A stretch of DNA of 64,000 bases from an uncultured Phycisphaerales bacterium (GTDB taxonomy: Bacteria > Planctomycetota > Phycisphaerae > Sedimentisphaerales > Anaerobacaceae), in assembly GCA_963718665.1 (NCBI GenBank), contig OY970359.1, forward strand, positions 576,001 to 640,000, given 5' to 3'. This document shows, one piece after another, positions 1 to 10,627 of the stretch. The position numbers were made by a program, and so were the translations under genes. The notes below the pieces were generated by a model that worked only from the letters and a program-made list of their open reading frames with translations, had not been told where the DNA came from and did not search any database. Within the stretch, counting starts at the first letter, position 1. Each line of letters opens with the position of its first letter.

Positions 1-210
1 GCGCTACGGGGACCGAATAACCCCTTTCTAATACGGCAAAAAGGCCAAAAAGTCAATAAAATCAGCTCAGGCGGCAAATTTTGCCAAAATGGGCCCCCGC
101 AATATGAAAACCAGTTCCAATAAAATATTCGGCGGGATTCTTCGACTATTTCGACTACGTTCAAGACAGGTAAAATCCGCCCTGCAATCAAACTTTCACA
201 ATTCCTGACT

Positions 211-239
211 TTGACAAGCCGCACTCTACTGGTTACAGT
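211..239 (+). promoter_or_regulatory. Putative sigma70 promoter of waaA
   Basis: TTGACA (211-216), 17-nt spacer, TACAGT (234-239), just upstream of the ATG at 251. Confidence 0.55.
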
Positions 240-250
240 ATCCCCATATT

Positions 251-1591
251 ATGACAGCGCTTATTAATATTGCATATTTGATTGCGCTTTTGGCGGCGAG
301 TCCGATGGCGATTTATAAAATGCTCAGGTACGGGCGATACCGCGCCGGGTGGGCTAATCGCTTCGGCAAAATAAACCGCAAACGACCCGACAAAAAGTGC
401 ATCTGGATTCACGCAGTAAGCGTGGGCGAGGTAAATGCGACGACAACGCTAATCCGCGAACTCGAAGCCAAATTCCCTGATTACGAAATCGCAATCAGCA
501 CCACGACCGACACGGGGTTTGCCCGTGCAAACGCGCTCTTCGGCAGCCGACTGAGCATTTTTTACTTCCCGATGGATTTTTCGCTAACAATGAAACGGGC
601 TTTCGCGAACATCAGACCCGCGATGTGCCTGCTGATTGAGCTTGAGGTCTGGCCCAATCTTGTGCGAATCGCAAAGCAATCGGGTGTTCCCGTAATAGTC
701 GTCAACGGCAGATTGAGCGAACGAAGCTTCAGAAGATACAACCTGATAAAAGCGGTAACGAGAAAGTTATTCGGCAATCTTACGCTGGCACTTGCGCAGA
801 GCGAAGAATACGCCGAGAGATTCCGGCGACTCGGTATGCCTGCGGAGAAGGTTATCGTTACGGGTTCGGTAAAATACGATACCGCGCAGGTAGCAGACAA
901 AGTTGATGGGGCTGAGGTATTGGCGGCTCAACTGGGTCTCAAAAACGAACGACTTTGGGTGGCAGGAGCAACAGGCGACGACGAAGAGCAGATTATTTTG
1001 GACGTTTACAAGCGGCTGGCTGAGCAAAAACAATTCGCGGATTTACGACTTGCGATTGTGCCCCGAAAGCCGGAGAGATTTGATGAAGTAGCAAATTTAA
1101 TTAAACAAGCAGGATTCGGATTGATTCGGTATAGCGAAGTAAAGAAAGAAGCCACAGAGCATTTATTAGCCACAGAGAGCACAGAGGACACAGAGAAAAA
1201 AATCATAAATCATAAATCATCAATCATAAATGTAATTCTCGGCGATACGATGGGTGATTTGCGAAAATTTTATTCGCTTGCTGCGGTAATTTTTGTGGGC
1301 AGGTCGTTAGTGCCGATGGGCGGGTCGGATATGATGGAGGCGGCGGCATTAGGCAAATGTACGATTTTTGGCCCGCACGCGTTTAACTTCAAACAGGCCG
1401 TAGAGGATTTGCTGAAAGCCAACGGCGCAATCTTAGTCAAAAACGCAGATGAATTATTAAGTGCGATGACCAAATGCCTGACCGATGCCGATTATGCTCG
1501 ACGAATCGCTCAAAACGGCCGGCAGATAATCAGAAAAAACCAAGGCGCAACAGCACGCACGATAAACAACATCAGCAAGATGTTGAAATAA
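251..1591 (+). CDS. waaA: 3-deoxy-D-manno-octulosonic acid (Kdo) transferase
   Basis: Motifs WIHAVSVGE, STTTDTG, ELEVWPN, NGRLSERS, VPRKPERF, GDTMGDL, GRSLVPMGG. Confidence 0.95.
   Translation: MTALINIAYLIALLAASPMAIYKMLRYGRYRAGWANRFGKINRKRPDKKCIWIHAVSVGEVNATTTLIRELEAKFPDYEIAISTTTDTGFARANALFGSRLSIFYFPMDFSLTMKRAFANIRPAMCLLIELEVWPNLVRIAKQSGVPVIVVNGRLSERSFRRYNLIKAVTRKLFGNLTLALAQSEEYAERFRRLGMPAEKVIVTGSVKYDTAQVADKVDGAEVLAAQLGLKNERLWVAGATGDDEEQIILDVYKRLAEQKQFADLRLAIVPRKPERFDEVANLIKQAGFGLIRYSEVKKEATEHLLATESTEDTEKKIINHKSSIINVILGDTMGDLRKFYSLAAVIFVGRSLVPMGGSDMMEAAALGKCTIFGPHAFNFKQAVEDLLKANGAILVKNADELLSAMTKCLTDADYARRIAQNGRQIIRKNQGATARTINNISKMLK
1151..1231 (+). repeat. In-frame micro-repeat insertion in waaA: CACAGAG-containing 9-mers plus 4 x CATAAAT-type heptamers
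   Basis: GCCACAGAGAGCACAGAGGACACAGAG, then CATAAAT CATAAAT CATCAAT CATAAAT (1204-1231). Confidence 0.75.
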
Positions 1592-1593
1592 AA

Positions 1594-2496
1594 TCAACTC
1601 CGCAGTTTTTTATTGACGGCTTTGATGTGAGCCGGGGAAGTGCCGCAGCAGCCGCCGATTATGGTTATGCTGGCGGCGTAGATTTGCTGCGCGGCATCGG
1701 CAAACTCATCGGGCGTTACCTTATAGACGGCTTTGCCGTCGAGCAGTTCTGGTTTACCCGCGTTTGGTTCGGCGAAGACCAGGACCTTCGGATTAACTGC
1801 CTTGGCGGCGGCAACATACTTTTTTGCAAGCTCAACATATTCGTCGAGGGAGGTTGTGCCGCAGTTGAAACCCACGGCGTCTGCGCCAGCGGCTACAAGG
1901 GATGAGACGGCGGTTTTCACATCGACGCCCATCATAGTTCTGAAATCGTCTCCGCGTTTGTCGAAAGACATCGACGCGAGAACGGGTAAGACGGAGCCCG
2001 AGTATTTGACCGCTTCGACAGCGACGACCGCTTCATCGACAGCACCCATTGTTTCGATGATAAAGCCATCGACCCCTCCTGCTATAAGCGCCTTTACCTG
2101 GTCGGCAAAGATTCCCCTGAGCTGGTCGGGCTTCAAGCTGCCGAGCGGTTCGAGAAAGTCGCCGCTTGGACCTATATCGCCGAGGACATATTTATCTTTT
2201 CCCGCGGCCTTGCGGGCAAGCTGAGCGCCGGTTGTGTTAATGTCCCCAACGCGGTTTTCGAGGCCATGCCGAGCAAGGGTGAAGCCATTGCCGCCAAAGG
2301 TATTCGTAAGGATGGCGTCGCTGCCCGCGTTCAAATAGCTGTTATGAATCCGCAGGACCAAACCAGGCGATTCAAAATTAAGTAATTCACTGCACTTGCC
2401 CGGCTCAATACCCAGGCCAATCAACTGTGTCCCCATAGCACCGTCGAGCAGAAACAATCCCTTGCGTAACCTGTCTTTCAAATTCAGCTTACTCAC
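1594..2496 (-). CDS. Homocysteine S-methyltransferase family protein (stand-alone MetH N-terminal-like domain)
   Basis: LLDGAMGT, TNTFG, GDIGPSG, GFNCG, PNAGKP, IIGGCCGT. GTG start at 2496 chosen for its purine-rich RBS; the ORF track starts at 2514. Confidence 0.9.
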   Translation of the reverse strand: MSKLNLKDRLRKGLFLLDGAMGTQLIGLGIEPGKCSELLNFESPGLVLRIHNSYLNAGSDAILTNTFGGNGFTLARHGLENRVGDINTTGAQLARKAAGKDKYVLGDIGPSGDFLEPLGSLKPDQLRGIFADQVKALIAGGVDGFIIETMGAVDEAVVAVEAVKYSGSVLPVLASMSFDKRGDDFRTMMGVDVKTAVSSLVAAGADAVGFNCGTTSLDEYVELAKKYVAAAKAVNPKVLVFAEPNAGKPELLDGKAVYKVTPDEFADAAQQIYAASITIIGGCCGTSPAHIKAVNKKLRS

Positions 2497-2538
2497 AAAA
2501 ATTTCCCCTTTCAAACTTGTATTGCGTTTATATACGGA

Positions 2539-3372
2539 TTATTGCCGTTTCTGTTCGATGGCTTTGCCGTCGATTACCCGGTAAACATGGTCAAAACCAC
2601 GCGGCAAAGGTCTCACAAACAACCGCTGCCGCTGCTGGACGCTCAATTCCGTCGGTTTGACGGATGCCAGCGAAATATCGGCGGAATCCTCGCCGCTTTC
2701 TTTGGAAACGGCAACTATTTTTATCCGCGAAGGAGTTAAAAATCCTTCGGCTGTTTTCTCATAGCCGGCAAATTCCGCTTTCAGGTAAATATCGCCCGAT
2801 TCGTCGAAACGCTCCATCTTTGCTACCACATAATCGCATGACTCGATATATATTTTCTGAAGTATGACGCCGCGGTCGTTACGCAAAGTGAGCAGGTCGA
2901 GATTACCATTACGGCTTAACGTCCAGTCGCCCTGACGTATATCGACAGAGCCAAAGGCCTCAAGGGCTATCATCGGGCTGACGGCGAAGCCATTCCAGAT
3001 TCTGGCCTGCGACCAGGCGCCAGACCAGTACGAGCTGACTTCTTTTGGTTTGAGCCAGAACCAGAATTCGTCGGCGTTTGAGCCGAACACCAGACCGGTG
3101 GCGTCAAAAGCGACGTCGCCCTGCAGGTAAATTTCATCAGGAGGATTCACCCAGAGTTTGACTGGGAAATTTTCTTTGCGAACTTTTCCTTCGGCGTAAT
3201 ACTGCAAAAGACACTGGCCCGTCGCGCAAACGGGAACTGCTTTTTCACGATGCGATTTCAATGCCGCAATCGCTTCGTCAGCGGTCGTTTTGCCCGGACA
3301 ATGACGCATCGGCTGTACGGCACAGCCCGCGAAAAACAGCATCAACATTAAAAACACAAACCGATTTAACAA
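2539..3372 (-). CDS. Hypothetical lipoprotein
   Basis: 277-aa ORF with hydrophobic N-terminus and lipobox-like FAGC; tight spacing with neighbours. Confidence 0.7.
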   Translation of the reverse strand: MLNRFVFLMLMLFFAGCAVQPMRHCPGKTTADEAIAALKSHREKAVPVCATGQCLLQYYAEGKVRKENFPVKLWVNPPDEIYLQGDVAFDATGLVFGSNADEFWFWLKPKEVSSYWSGAWSQARIWNGFAVSPMIALEAFGSVDIRQGDWTLSRNGNLDLLTLRNDRGVILQKIYIESCDYVVAKMERFDESGDIYLKAEFAGYEKTAEGFLTPSRIKIVAVSKESGEDSADISLASVKPTELSVQQRQRLFVRPLPRGFDHVYRVIDGKAIEQKRQ

Positions 3373-3861
3373 TTACAACTCTCCCTGCAGAATCTGCCCC
3401 ATCTGGGAAGTCAACTGGGCAACCTGCTCTTCACCCAGATTGGGATTGACCACTTCGGCGAAATCCTGTGTGCCGGTGATTCTCAATCGCCAGATTTCCC
3501 TGCCGTCCTGCGTTCTTGAAGAATCATATTTCAAGCGGCGTCTTCGCATCAGGACAAGCGTAAGGACGAAACGGAAATTAACCTTTTCCTGCTCGGTTTC
3601 CGTCGCCAGCCGTTCAAAGAACGCCATCAGCATATCATCATCGACGAACAACTGCTTTTTCTGTTCGGGCGTCGGCAGTTTGGTTTTCCAGTAACAAAAG
3701 ACCTCCGGCTTTTGCTGCGTCCATGCCTCGGCGCAAAAATCACGCCTCGCAAACCCCTGCTCGGTCTGCACCAAGGTCGCGTAGTATTCCTCGCCCGGCT
3801 GGATTTGCCTGCCTGTGGCACAGCATTGCCCCAGCGGCTTATCAATTACCCATTCGTCCAT
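3373..3861 (-). CDS. Conserved hypothetical protein
   Basis: 162-aa ORF with upstream GGAG; abuts the next gene. Confidence 0.7.
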   Translation of the reverse strand: MDEWVIDKPLGQCCATGRQIQPGEEYYATLVQTEQGFARRDFCAEAWTQQKPEVFCYWKTKLPTPEQKKQLFVDDDMLMAFFERLATETEQEKVNFRFVLTLVLMRRRRLKYDSSRTQDGREIWRLRITGTQDFAEVVNPNLGEEQVAQLTSQMGQILQGEL

Positions 3862-3894
3862 AGTATTATTTCAACTCCATGTTGTGTCGTGCCG

Positions 3895-4230
3895 TCATCT
3901 AAATTTCAAGTGTTCGCACATATTGCTTACAGTGGCAGGCCCGATGCCTTTGACGTTGTCGAGGTCATTGCAATTCTGAAACGCCAAATCGCCCCGGCCG
4001 CTTTGCCGAAACTGTTCACGATAACTTATTATCGCCTGTGCCCTTGCGACCCCGACGCCCGGCAGCATCATCAAGCCCGCCGCAGGAGCATCATTCGGGT
4101 TTATCCTGCTTTCCAGCTCAATTCTGGCTGTTCCGCTTTCCGCAACGACGCTGCCAATCGTAAAGCACAGGCCAAAAACAACAGCCAGGCAAGAGGCGAT
4201 AACAAACGCAAACAATTGAATCCTGTTCAT
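3895..4230 (-). CDS. ComEA-like helix-hairpin-helix DNA-binding protein
   Basis: INPNDA...LPGVGVARAQAII...LDNVKGIGPAT HhH motifs; N-terminal TM segment. Confidence 0.85.
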   Translation of the reverse strand: MNRIQLFAFVIASCLAVVFGLCFTIGSVVAESGTARIELESRINPNDAPAAGLMMLPGVGVARAQAIISYREQFRQSGRGDLAFQNCNDLDNVKGIGPATVSNMCEHLKFR

Positions 4231-4242
4231 ACCGATATTCCG

Positions 4243-5706
4243 TTACCGGCCAAAGATACGGTCGCGGAACCTCTTCAATGCCAGGTATGATTCCTTGGGT
4301 TCGAGTCCCGCCGTCATAAGCCCGCTGTCGGGAACGGCTCCGTCCGCCACATCGGTGAAATTAGAATACATAACCCCGTCAATGCACGCCTTGCTGAGCG
4401 CTATCCTGTAAAACTGGTCGAGCCATTCCGCTTGTTTAACCTTATCCCAGGGGCCATGCCAGAAACCAGAAACATCGGCAGTACCATCACGGCCGGGAAC
4501 CTCGACATTTGTGATATACATCGGCCTTGATATAGGAGCGTAGGAGTCCAGAATCGCCGAAATCTGCATCATATCGCGGACGTGCATGCCGGATTCATCG
4601 GCGCCGAAACGCATAGTAAGCCCGAAGGCGTCGAAATTTATGCCGCTCTGGATGACCATATCCATATAGACCAGCGGCGGAATGGTGTCGGCTGTCTGCC
4701 CGTAATACTCGCCCCAGGGATTGCTGACCTCTATTATCCTCAGCGCGCGTTCAGAAGCGGTCTTGACCGCCCTGTTGGCCGCGCGGGTTATCTCCAGCAC
4801 CTGCTCGAAACCAAATCCGAAATGATTAAAGGCGTTAAGCCCGCTGACGACGCACCACGTCCTGACCATACCGCCATACCTGGCAGCCGCCGCTGAAACA
4901 AACTCGTATGCGTACTCGCGAATCTTCTCAAAATCGGGGTGGCTTTCGAGCAGCCACTTCGGCAGATATTCTTTAGTAAAGCAAAGCAAAGGCCCCGCGC
5001 CAATTGCAAGTTTTCTTTTGCTGAGCATAGTTATACAAACATCAAGTTTTGAAAAGTCGTATTTGCTTCTTTCCAGCTCAATATGTCCCCAGTTGAAAGG
5101 CACCATCGCCAGGCCGAATACGCCGGCCAATTGATCGAGGTAAGCCGGGGTAGTAACCTGCTTAGGGTCAACCCAGCAGCCGAGACAACCGCGGCCAAAC
5201 CCGTGATTTTTACCTCTTGTCGTGAAAAGCAGCTTGGCATGTTTGGCCGCCAGCGATTCCGAAAACGCCATCGCTTTTTGCAGCGCCTGGTCGGCAAGCT
5301 GCGAGGCGGCTGGGCCGTCAGCAATTTCCTGGATGGCCTTGATGAACAAATCCTGGATATCCCCATACAGCGCAGCGGTATCTTCGGCATCCTCGAAAAT
5401 AGACCAGTCCTCGCGTTTGTTGATGATTTGCATAAGCCGGCCGCGGGTCAGCTCCAGATTAAGATTATATGGCTCAGGCCTTTCGGGCAGACAAGTCGTC
5501 GAAAGCAGAATCCTGCCGAAACCCTCAACAGGCCACAGCAACGCCACGCCGGCGGTTTCCTCGCTTGGCTTGTAGCACTCCAGAATGCCGTCCACAAAGC
5601 TGACCTGCGCCTTGCGAATCGCCATACCGTCGGAGCCGAACATATACGCCCCGTGAAGGGCAAAATCCGTTACCTGTTTGCCGTTGTTAAAAATCTGAAA
5701 TCTCAC
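4243..5706 (-). CDS. GH10 (endo-1,4-beta-xylanase)-like TIM-barrel protein, probably degenerate
   Basis: VPFNWGHIE...YDFS, LPKWL, FDAFGL, RPMYITNVEV resemble GH10; WCVVSG replaces the usual WDVVNE. Confidence 0.65.
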   Translation of the reverse strand: MRFQIFNNGKQVTDFALHGAYMFGSDGMAIRKAQVSFVDGILECYKPSEETAGVALLWPVEGFGRILLSTTCLPERPEPYNLNLELTRGRLMQIINKREDWSIFEDAEDTAALYGDIQDLFIKAIQEIADGPAASQLADQALQKAMAFSESLAAKHAKLLFTTRGKNHGFGRGCLGCWVDPKQVTTPAYLDQLAGVFGLAMVPFNWGHIELERSKYDFSKLDVCITMLSKRKLAIGAGPLLCFTKEYLPKWLLESHPDFEKIREYAYEFVSAAAARYGGMVRTWCVVSGLNAFNHFGFGFEQVLEITRAANRAVKTASERALRIIEVSNPWGEYYGQTADTIPPLVYMDMVIQSGINFDAFGLTMRFGADESGMHVRDMMQISAILDSYAPISRPMYITNVEVPGRDGTADVSGFWHGPWDKVKQAEWLDQFYRIALSKACIDGVMYSNFTDVADGAVPDSGLMTAGLEPKESYLALKRFRDRIFGR

Positions 5707-5829
5707 GGTATTCCTTTTATCAGAAATAAATTACTTCACCATATCTTAAACAACCGCGTGATTATAACATCAGCCGCTTCAAAGGCAAATAACCTTAAGG
5801 CCATTTTCTCTCGATAGTGATTTGAGCTG

Positions 5830-6594
5830 TCAGAGATTGACGGCAATGCCACGGTCGCGGAGATATTCCTTCATCTGGGTAATTGTGTAACTTTCGAAAT
5901 GGGTAATTGAGGCCATAAGGACGGCTTCTGCGTGGCCTTTGACGACAGCGTCGTAAAGATGTTCGAGTGTGCCCGCGCCGCCGGAGGCGATTACGGGAAT
6001 ATTGACCGCGTCGGCAACCGCACGGGTCAATTCAATATCGTAGCCCTTCTGCGTGCCGTCGGCATCCATACTTGTAAGCAGGATTTCACCCGCGCCGCGT
6101 TTTGCGCCCTCGACTGCCCATTCGACTGCGTCGATATCTGTCGCCTCAGTGCCCGCCTTAACAGTAACCTGCCAGTGCCCCGCTTTGGTTTTCGACCTGC
6201 GGGCGTCAATGGCAAGCACGACGCACTGGTTGCCGAATCGCTGGGCGGCCTGGGTGAGAATATCCGGATTTTTTACCGCTGCGGTATTGACGGAGCATTT
6301 CTCCGCACCGCTTCGCAAAAGCTCATCCATCTGCTCGACGGTGCTTATGCCACCCCCTACCGTAAACGGGATAAAGACGTTTTCGGCGACTTTGCGAACA
6401 AGGTCAACGATTGTCTTGCGAGAGCGAATCGTCGCGGTGATATCGAGAAAGACAAGCTCATCGGCCCCGTCCTCGCTATAACGCGAGCCAAGCTCGACCG
6501 GGTCGCCGGCGTCTCGAAGATTCAAAAAATGCACGCCCTTTACCACCCGGCCATCTTTAACGTCAAGACAAGGTATTATTCTTCTGGTCAGCAT
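5830..6594 (-). CDS. hisF: Imidazole glycerol phosphate synthase subunit HisF
   Basis: [52 protein letters not shown]. Confidence 0.97.
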   Translation of the reverse strand: MLTRRIIPCLDVKDGRVVKGVHFLNLRDAGDPVELGSRYSEDGADELVFLDITATIRSRKTIVDLVRKVAENVFIPFTVGGGISTVEQMDELLRSGAEKCSVNTAAVKNPDILTQAAQRFGNQCVVLAIDARRSKTKAGHWQVTVKAGTEATDIDAVEWAVEGAKRGAGEILLTSMDADGTQKGYDIELTRAVADAVNIPVIASGGAGTLEHLYDAVVKGHAEAVLMASITHFESYTITQMKEYLRDRGIAVNL

Positions 6595-7205
6595 CAGTTA
6601 CCCCTTCCATTGGCTATCCGGGCGAAATTACGAAGCACCTGTAAACCCTGCCGGCCGCTTTTTTCGGGGTGAAACTGTGTGCCATAAATATTGCCCTTCT
6701 GGATGGACGCGGGCAGCTTGAAACCATAGTCGGTATAGGCAACTTTGGCGGTTTTGTCTGTAACATTGGCGCAGAATGAGTGAGCGAAATAAAAATGCTT
6801 TTCGCCTCCCAAGCCGTCAAATAACGCCATATCATTTGGCAATACAACCTTGTTCCAGCCCATATGCGGTATTACCCGGCCTGGCGGTATGGGAACAACA
6901 TCGCCCGATACAAGACCCAGGCCATTGTGTATGCCGAATTCAGAGCTTTTGTCAAAAAGCATCTGGAAGCCCACGCAGATACCGAGTAGGGGTTTACCCG
7001 CCAGAGCAAGGTCTTTGATTACCGAGCCGAGCGAGCCGAGGGCATTTACAGCGAAACCGAAGGCAGCAACACCAGGCAGAACCAGGGCGGAGGCGGCCTC
7101 AATCTTCCTGCGATCACAGCTCAGCTCGACCGGGCAACCCAGGTGGTCAAAGGCGTTGCAGACACTTTTTACATTCCCAACGTTATAATCGATAACTACA
7201 AGCAT
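6594..7205 (-). CDS. hisH: Imidazole glycerol phosphate synthase glutaminase subunit HisH
   Basis: [40 protein letters not shown]. Confidence 0.96.
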   Translation of the reverse strand: MLVVIDYNVGNVKSVCNAFDHLGCPVELSCDRRKIEAASALVLPGVAAFGFAVNALGSLGSVIKDLALAGKPLLGICVGFQMLFDKSSEFGIHNGLGLVSGDVVPIPPGRVIPHMGWNKVVLPNDMALFDGLGGEKHFYFAHSFCANVTDKTAKVAYTDYGFKLPASIQKGNIYGTQFHPEKSGRQGLQVLRNFARIANGRGN

Positions 7206-7308
7206 ATAAAAAATCAAACCCCAGGTTCAACCGAACATTAACCGGTAAATCGAGTATTATAGTTTAGCAAATTTAAATTGCCAGTCGAATACAATCACCT
7301 TACAATAT

Positions 7309-7329
7309 AGTATCAGTAAAACTGATACT
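7309..7329. promoter_or_regulatory. Perfect 9-bp inverted repeat in the divergent hisH/glmS intergenic region
   Basis: AGTATCAGT-AAA-ACTGATACT. Confidence 0.45.
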
Positions 7330-7415
7330 GCTGTAACGTGCTTCGCCTGCGGTTTCAGTTCAGAAGGTAACCCGTTGTCCGGAAAGACAGTTGAATTACA
7401 ATCGAGGGAAAAGAA

Positions 7416-9354
7416 ATGTGCGGCATAGTGGCATATTTGGGTCAAAGGACAGCTCAGCCAATCATTATCGAGGGACTGAAACGCCTCGAATATCGCGGTT
7501 ATGACTCTGCAGGCGTGGCCCTGTTGAGCAACGGCGTTATTAAAATCCAAAAGACAAGCGGCAGGATAGCTGCCCTTGAAGCGATTCTCGATAAGCCCAA
7601 CAAGGGAGAAACTCTCGGCCTTGGGCATACCCGCTGGGCAACTCACGGCGTTCCAAACCAGATAAACGCCCATCCACACAAAGATTACACCGGCAAAATA
7701 GCCGTAGTCCACAACGGAATCATCGAAAACTACTCAACACTGAAGACCTGGCTGCAAAGCGAGGGTGTTACCTTTGTCAGCGACACCGATACCGAGGTGA
7801 TAGCGAACCTGATTGGCTATTTTTACGAAAGGTGCGACACAGGCGACAAACAATCGCCTCTGCCAAAACTTCTTGGCGCAATACAGGATACCGTCAGCAG
7901 TTTTATGCCTTCTCTTACACTGAAGAAACCCGAAGGCCAGAACAGGTTCGAGTGGGCGGTCCAGCGGGCATTGCAGCAAGTGCACGGCACTTACGGGCTT
8001 GGAATACTGTGCGCAGGACTGCCCTGATATGTTCATCGGAGCCAAAAAGGGAAGTCCGCTGATTCTGGGGGTAAGTGAAGGTGAATACATCCTCGCATCG
8101 GACGCAGCGGCGATTGTTGAGCACACGGCGAGAGCAATTTACCTTTCGGACAACGAAATGGTAATTGTTACCGCGGACGGATTCCATACCAAGACAATTG
8201 ATAACATCGCGGTAACCAAATCGCTTGAAAACATCGAATTCTCGCTCGAACAAATCGAGCTTGGCAAGTTCAAACATCACATGCTCAAGGAAATCTTCGA
8301 GCAGCCCACGGCGCTAGCCACCTGTATGGGCGGCAGAATTGACCCGCAAAAAGACAGAATCCACTTAGGCGGCGTCAATGATTACCTGCGGGCGATGACG
8401 CACATAAAACGGATAATTATCACCGCCTGCGGGACGGCGTTCCACGCGGGGCTGGTCGGCGAATTCCTCTTCGAGCAACTGGCGAGAATCACCACCGAGA
8501 CCGAATACGCCAGCGAGTTTCGCTATCGCAATCCAATCGTGGAAGACGGCACAACCGTCATCGCGATAAGCCAGTCGGGCGAGACGGCAGATACACTTGC
8601 CGCCGTAGAACAGGCAAAAGAACGCGGCGCAACGGTTCTCGGTATCGTCAACGTCGTCGGCTCATCGATAGCCCGCGCCACCGACGCAGGGGTATATCTG
8701 CACGTAGGCCCCGAAATAGGCGTGGCAAGCACAAAGGCATTCACTGCCCAGGTCGCCGTGCTGACAATGCTTGCTATCGAGCTTAGCAGAAGAAGACACA
8801 TCAGCAGCGATGAAGCGACAAGATACATCAAAGAGCTGACTAAAATACCGGATAAAATCTCACACATCCTTGAACAGTCGGAAGACATCCGGAAAATTGC
8901 TGAGGCGAACATCAACCAGAACAACTGGCTGTTCCTGGGCCGGGGCGTCAATTATCCCGTCGCGCTGGAAGGCGCATTGAAGCTCAAGGAAATAAGCTAT
9001 ATTCACGCCGAAGGATTGCCCGCTGCGGAGATGAAACACGGCCCCATCGCCTTGATTGTCGATGGTATGCCTGCCGTATTCATCGCCACCAACGGCCCTC
9101 AATACGAGAAAATCATAGGCAATATCTCCGAGGTCCGGGCAAGAAAGGGCAAAACCATTATCGTCGCCACCGAAGGCAACGACCACATCAAACAGTATGC
9201 CGATTACCTGATAACCGTACCCGATGCGCCGGAATTGCTTCAGCCGATACTCACCGTCATACCGCTTCAGTTGCTGGCGTATCACGCGGCCGTCCTCCGT
9301 GGCCACGATGTCGATAAGCCCCGCAACCTGGCAAAGAGCGTTACGGTCGAGTAA
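7416..9354 (+). CDS. glmS: Glutamine--fructose-6-phosphate transaminase, split by a +1 frameshift near 8016
   Basis: MCGIV...[26 protein letters not shown] in ORF 7416-8027; [38 protein letters not shown] in the second frame. Removing one G from GCAGGAC restores [12 protein letters not shown]. Confidence 0.93.
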
Positions 9355-9355
9355 T

Positions 9356-10069
9356 ATGCGAAGAAAGATTCAGACGGGTTTCACCATCATCGAGTTACTC
9401 GTCGTCATTGCGATAATCGCCGCATTAACAGCTATACTCCTGCCCGGGCTGGGAAAAGCCAGGGCAATGGCAAGGCGGGTAAGTTGCGGCTCCAACCTGC
9501 ATCAAATCGATATGGCGATGCACCTGTACCTAAGTGAAAACAAGGACACATACCCCTGTGCTCAGGACCCGCTGGACCCAAATACCCCTACTCTCTGGCT
9601 TTGGATGGGGCGTGGCTGGCGGAGTTTCATCACGCCATATTTCGGCGAAAAAATCGATATCAATAACCCATCTGTCCTAAGGTGTCCCGGCGACCAAACA
9701 CAGGCCAGTACATACGAGGCCACAAGCTACGCATACTCAATGGCTTTTTATCACAGCCCACAGCAGATTAACGATATGAGCAGCCCGACGGACAACTATC
9801 AGAATCCGAAACCTTCAATTTCGCAGGAGGCCGACAGGGTTGCCAAGCCGGCAGGGAAAATTATTGTCGGCGACTGGAACAGCAACCATCAGCGACTCAA
9901 TCCGGGTGAAGACAAGGGTTGGTGGAACGGACTGGGCTGCCGGAACTTTTTGTTCGCCGATGGCCAGGTACAACTGCTGCAAGCCGGGAAAATCCGCAAC
10001 GCCAATGATGAAAATCCTAATCCAAATCTTACAATCGACGGCATCGAAGGCATCGACTGGCCACAATAA
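9356..10069 (+). CDS. Prepilin-type N-terminal cleavage/methylation protein (DUF1559-like, H-X9-DG-type C-terminus)
   Basis: [45 protein letters not shown]-terminal NFLFADGQV. Confidence 0.9.
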   Translation: MRRKIQTGFTIIELLVVIAIIAALTAILLPGLGKARAMARRVSCGSNLHQIDMAMHLYLSENKDTYPCAQDPLDPNTPTLWLWMGRGWRSFITPYFGEKIDINNPSVLRCPGDQTQASTYEATSYAYSMAFYHSPQQINDMSSPTDNYQNPKPSISQEADRVAKPAGKIIVGDWNSNHQRLNPGEDKGWWNGLGCRNFLFADGQVQLLQAGKIRNANDENPNPNLTIDGIEGIDWPQ

Positions 10070-10154
10070 TCATTGCGGCTGTGGCACTCCATCTTAAATT
10101 GCCGATATAATAACAAAGAGAATTTTCGTTTCACTTGCTTATGCGAGGTGAAAA

Positions 10155-10619
10155 ATGGGAAAAAACAGATTAGCCACCAGGTTACTCATAATACTGGTTC
10201 TCGCAATCTCGCTTGCCAGCTGCAAAGATGACAAGAAGCAAAAAGCCCTTGTCGAAGAAATTGCCCGTGCAAAAGCCGAAGCCGTCAAGCTCAGGGCGGA
10301 GACGGTGCAGTTGAAAAGCGAAATCAGCTACCTTAACGAAAAACTCGTTACCGCAAACCAAGCAAGAGATAATATGCAGATACAATTAGACCAGATGATT
10401 AAAGACAGCAACTCAGCGGTAACCAATACTGATAACATTCAGCAGGAAAACGACAAACTCCGGAAGCTGCTGGCCGAGCAATTAAAAAAGAACAATGAGC
10501 TGGAAAAACAGGTTGAATACTTAAAGATGGTTATCCGCGAAATCCAGGCAAGAATTGACCCTAATAAAATTGCGGAACATCCGCCAACGCCAATCGAAGA
10601 TACAGCAGCCAGCAAGTAA
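10155..10619 (+). CDS. Hypothetical coiled-coil lipoprotein
   Basis: RBS GAGGTG, lipobox LASC, long heptad-rich helix. Confidence 0.75.
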   Translation: MGKNRLATRLLIILVLAISLASCKDDKKQKALVEEIARAKAEAVKLRAETVQLKSEISYLNEKLVTANQARDNMQIQLDQMIKDSNSAVTNTDNIQQENDKLRKLLAEQLKKNNELEKQVEYLKMVIREIQARIDPNKIAEHPPTPIEDTAASK

Positions 10620-10627
10620 GCGGTCCT

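Noticed and set aside
131..181. REP/MITE-like hairpin GGCGGGATT...AATCCGCC enclosing TTCGACTA twice
   Set aside because: Single copy in this window; cannot be supported as a repeat family.
5083..6672. Long antisense ORFs (e.g. 5083-5817, 5932-6672; also 57937-58761 and 40364-41125)
   Set aside because: They lie opposite well-supported genes and lack motifs; shadow ORFs.
7218..7415. glmS ribozyme upstream of glmS
   Set aside because: The conserved ribozyme core sequence could not be recognised by eye; only a short palindrome is present.
7999..8027. Programmed frameshift or two-gene glmS
   Set aside because: No slippery heptamer or RBS for the second ORF; a single-base error explains it more simply.
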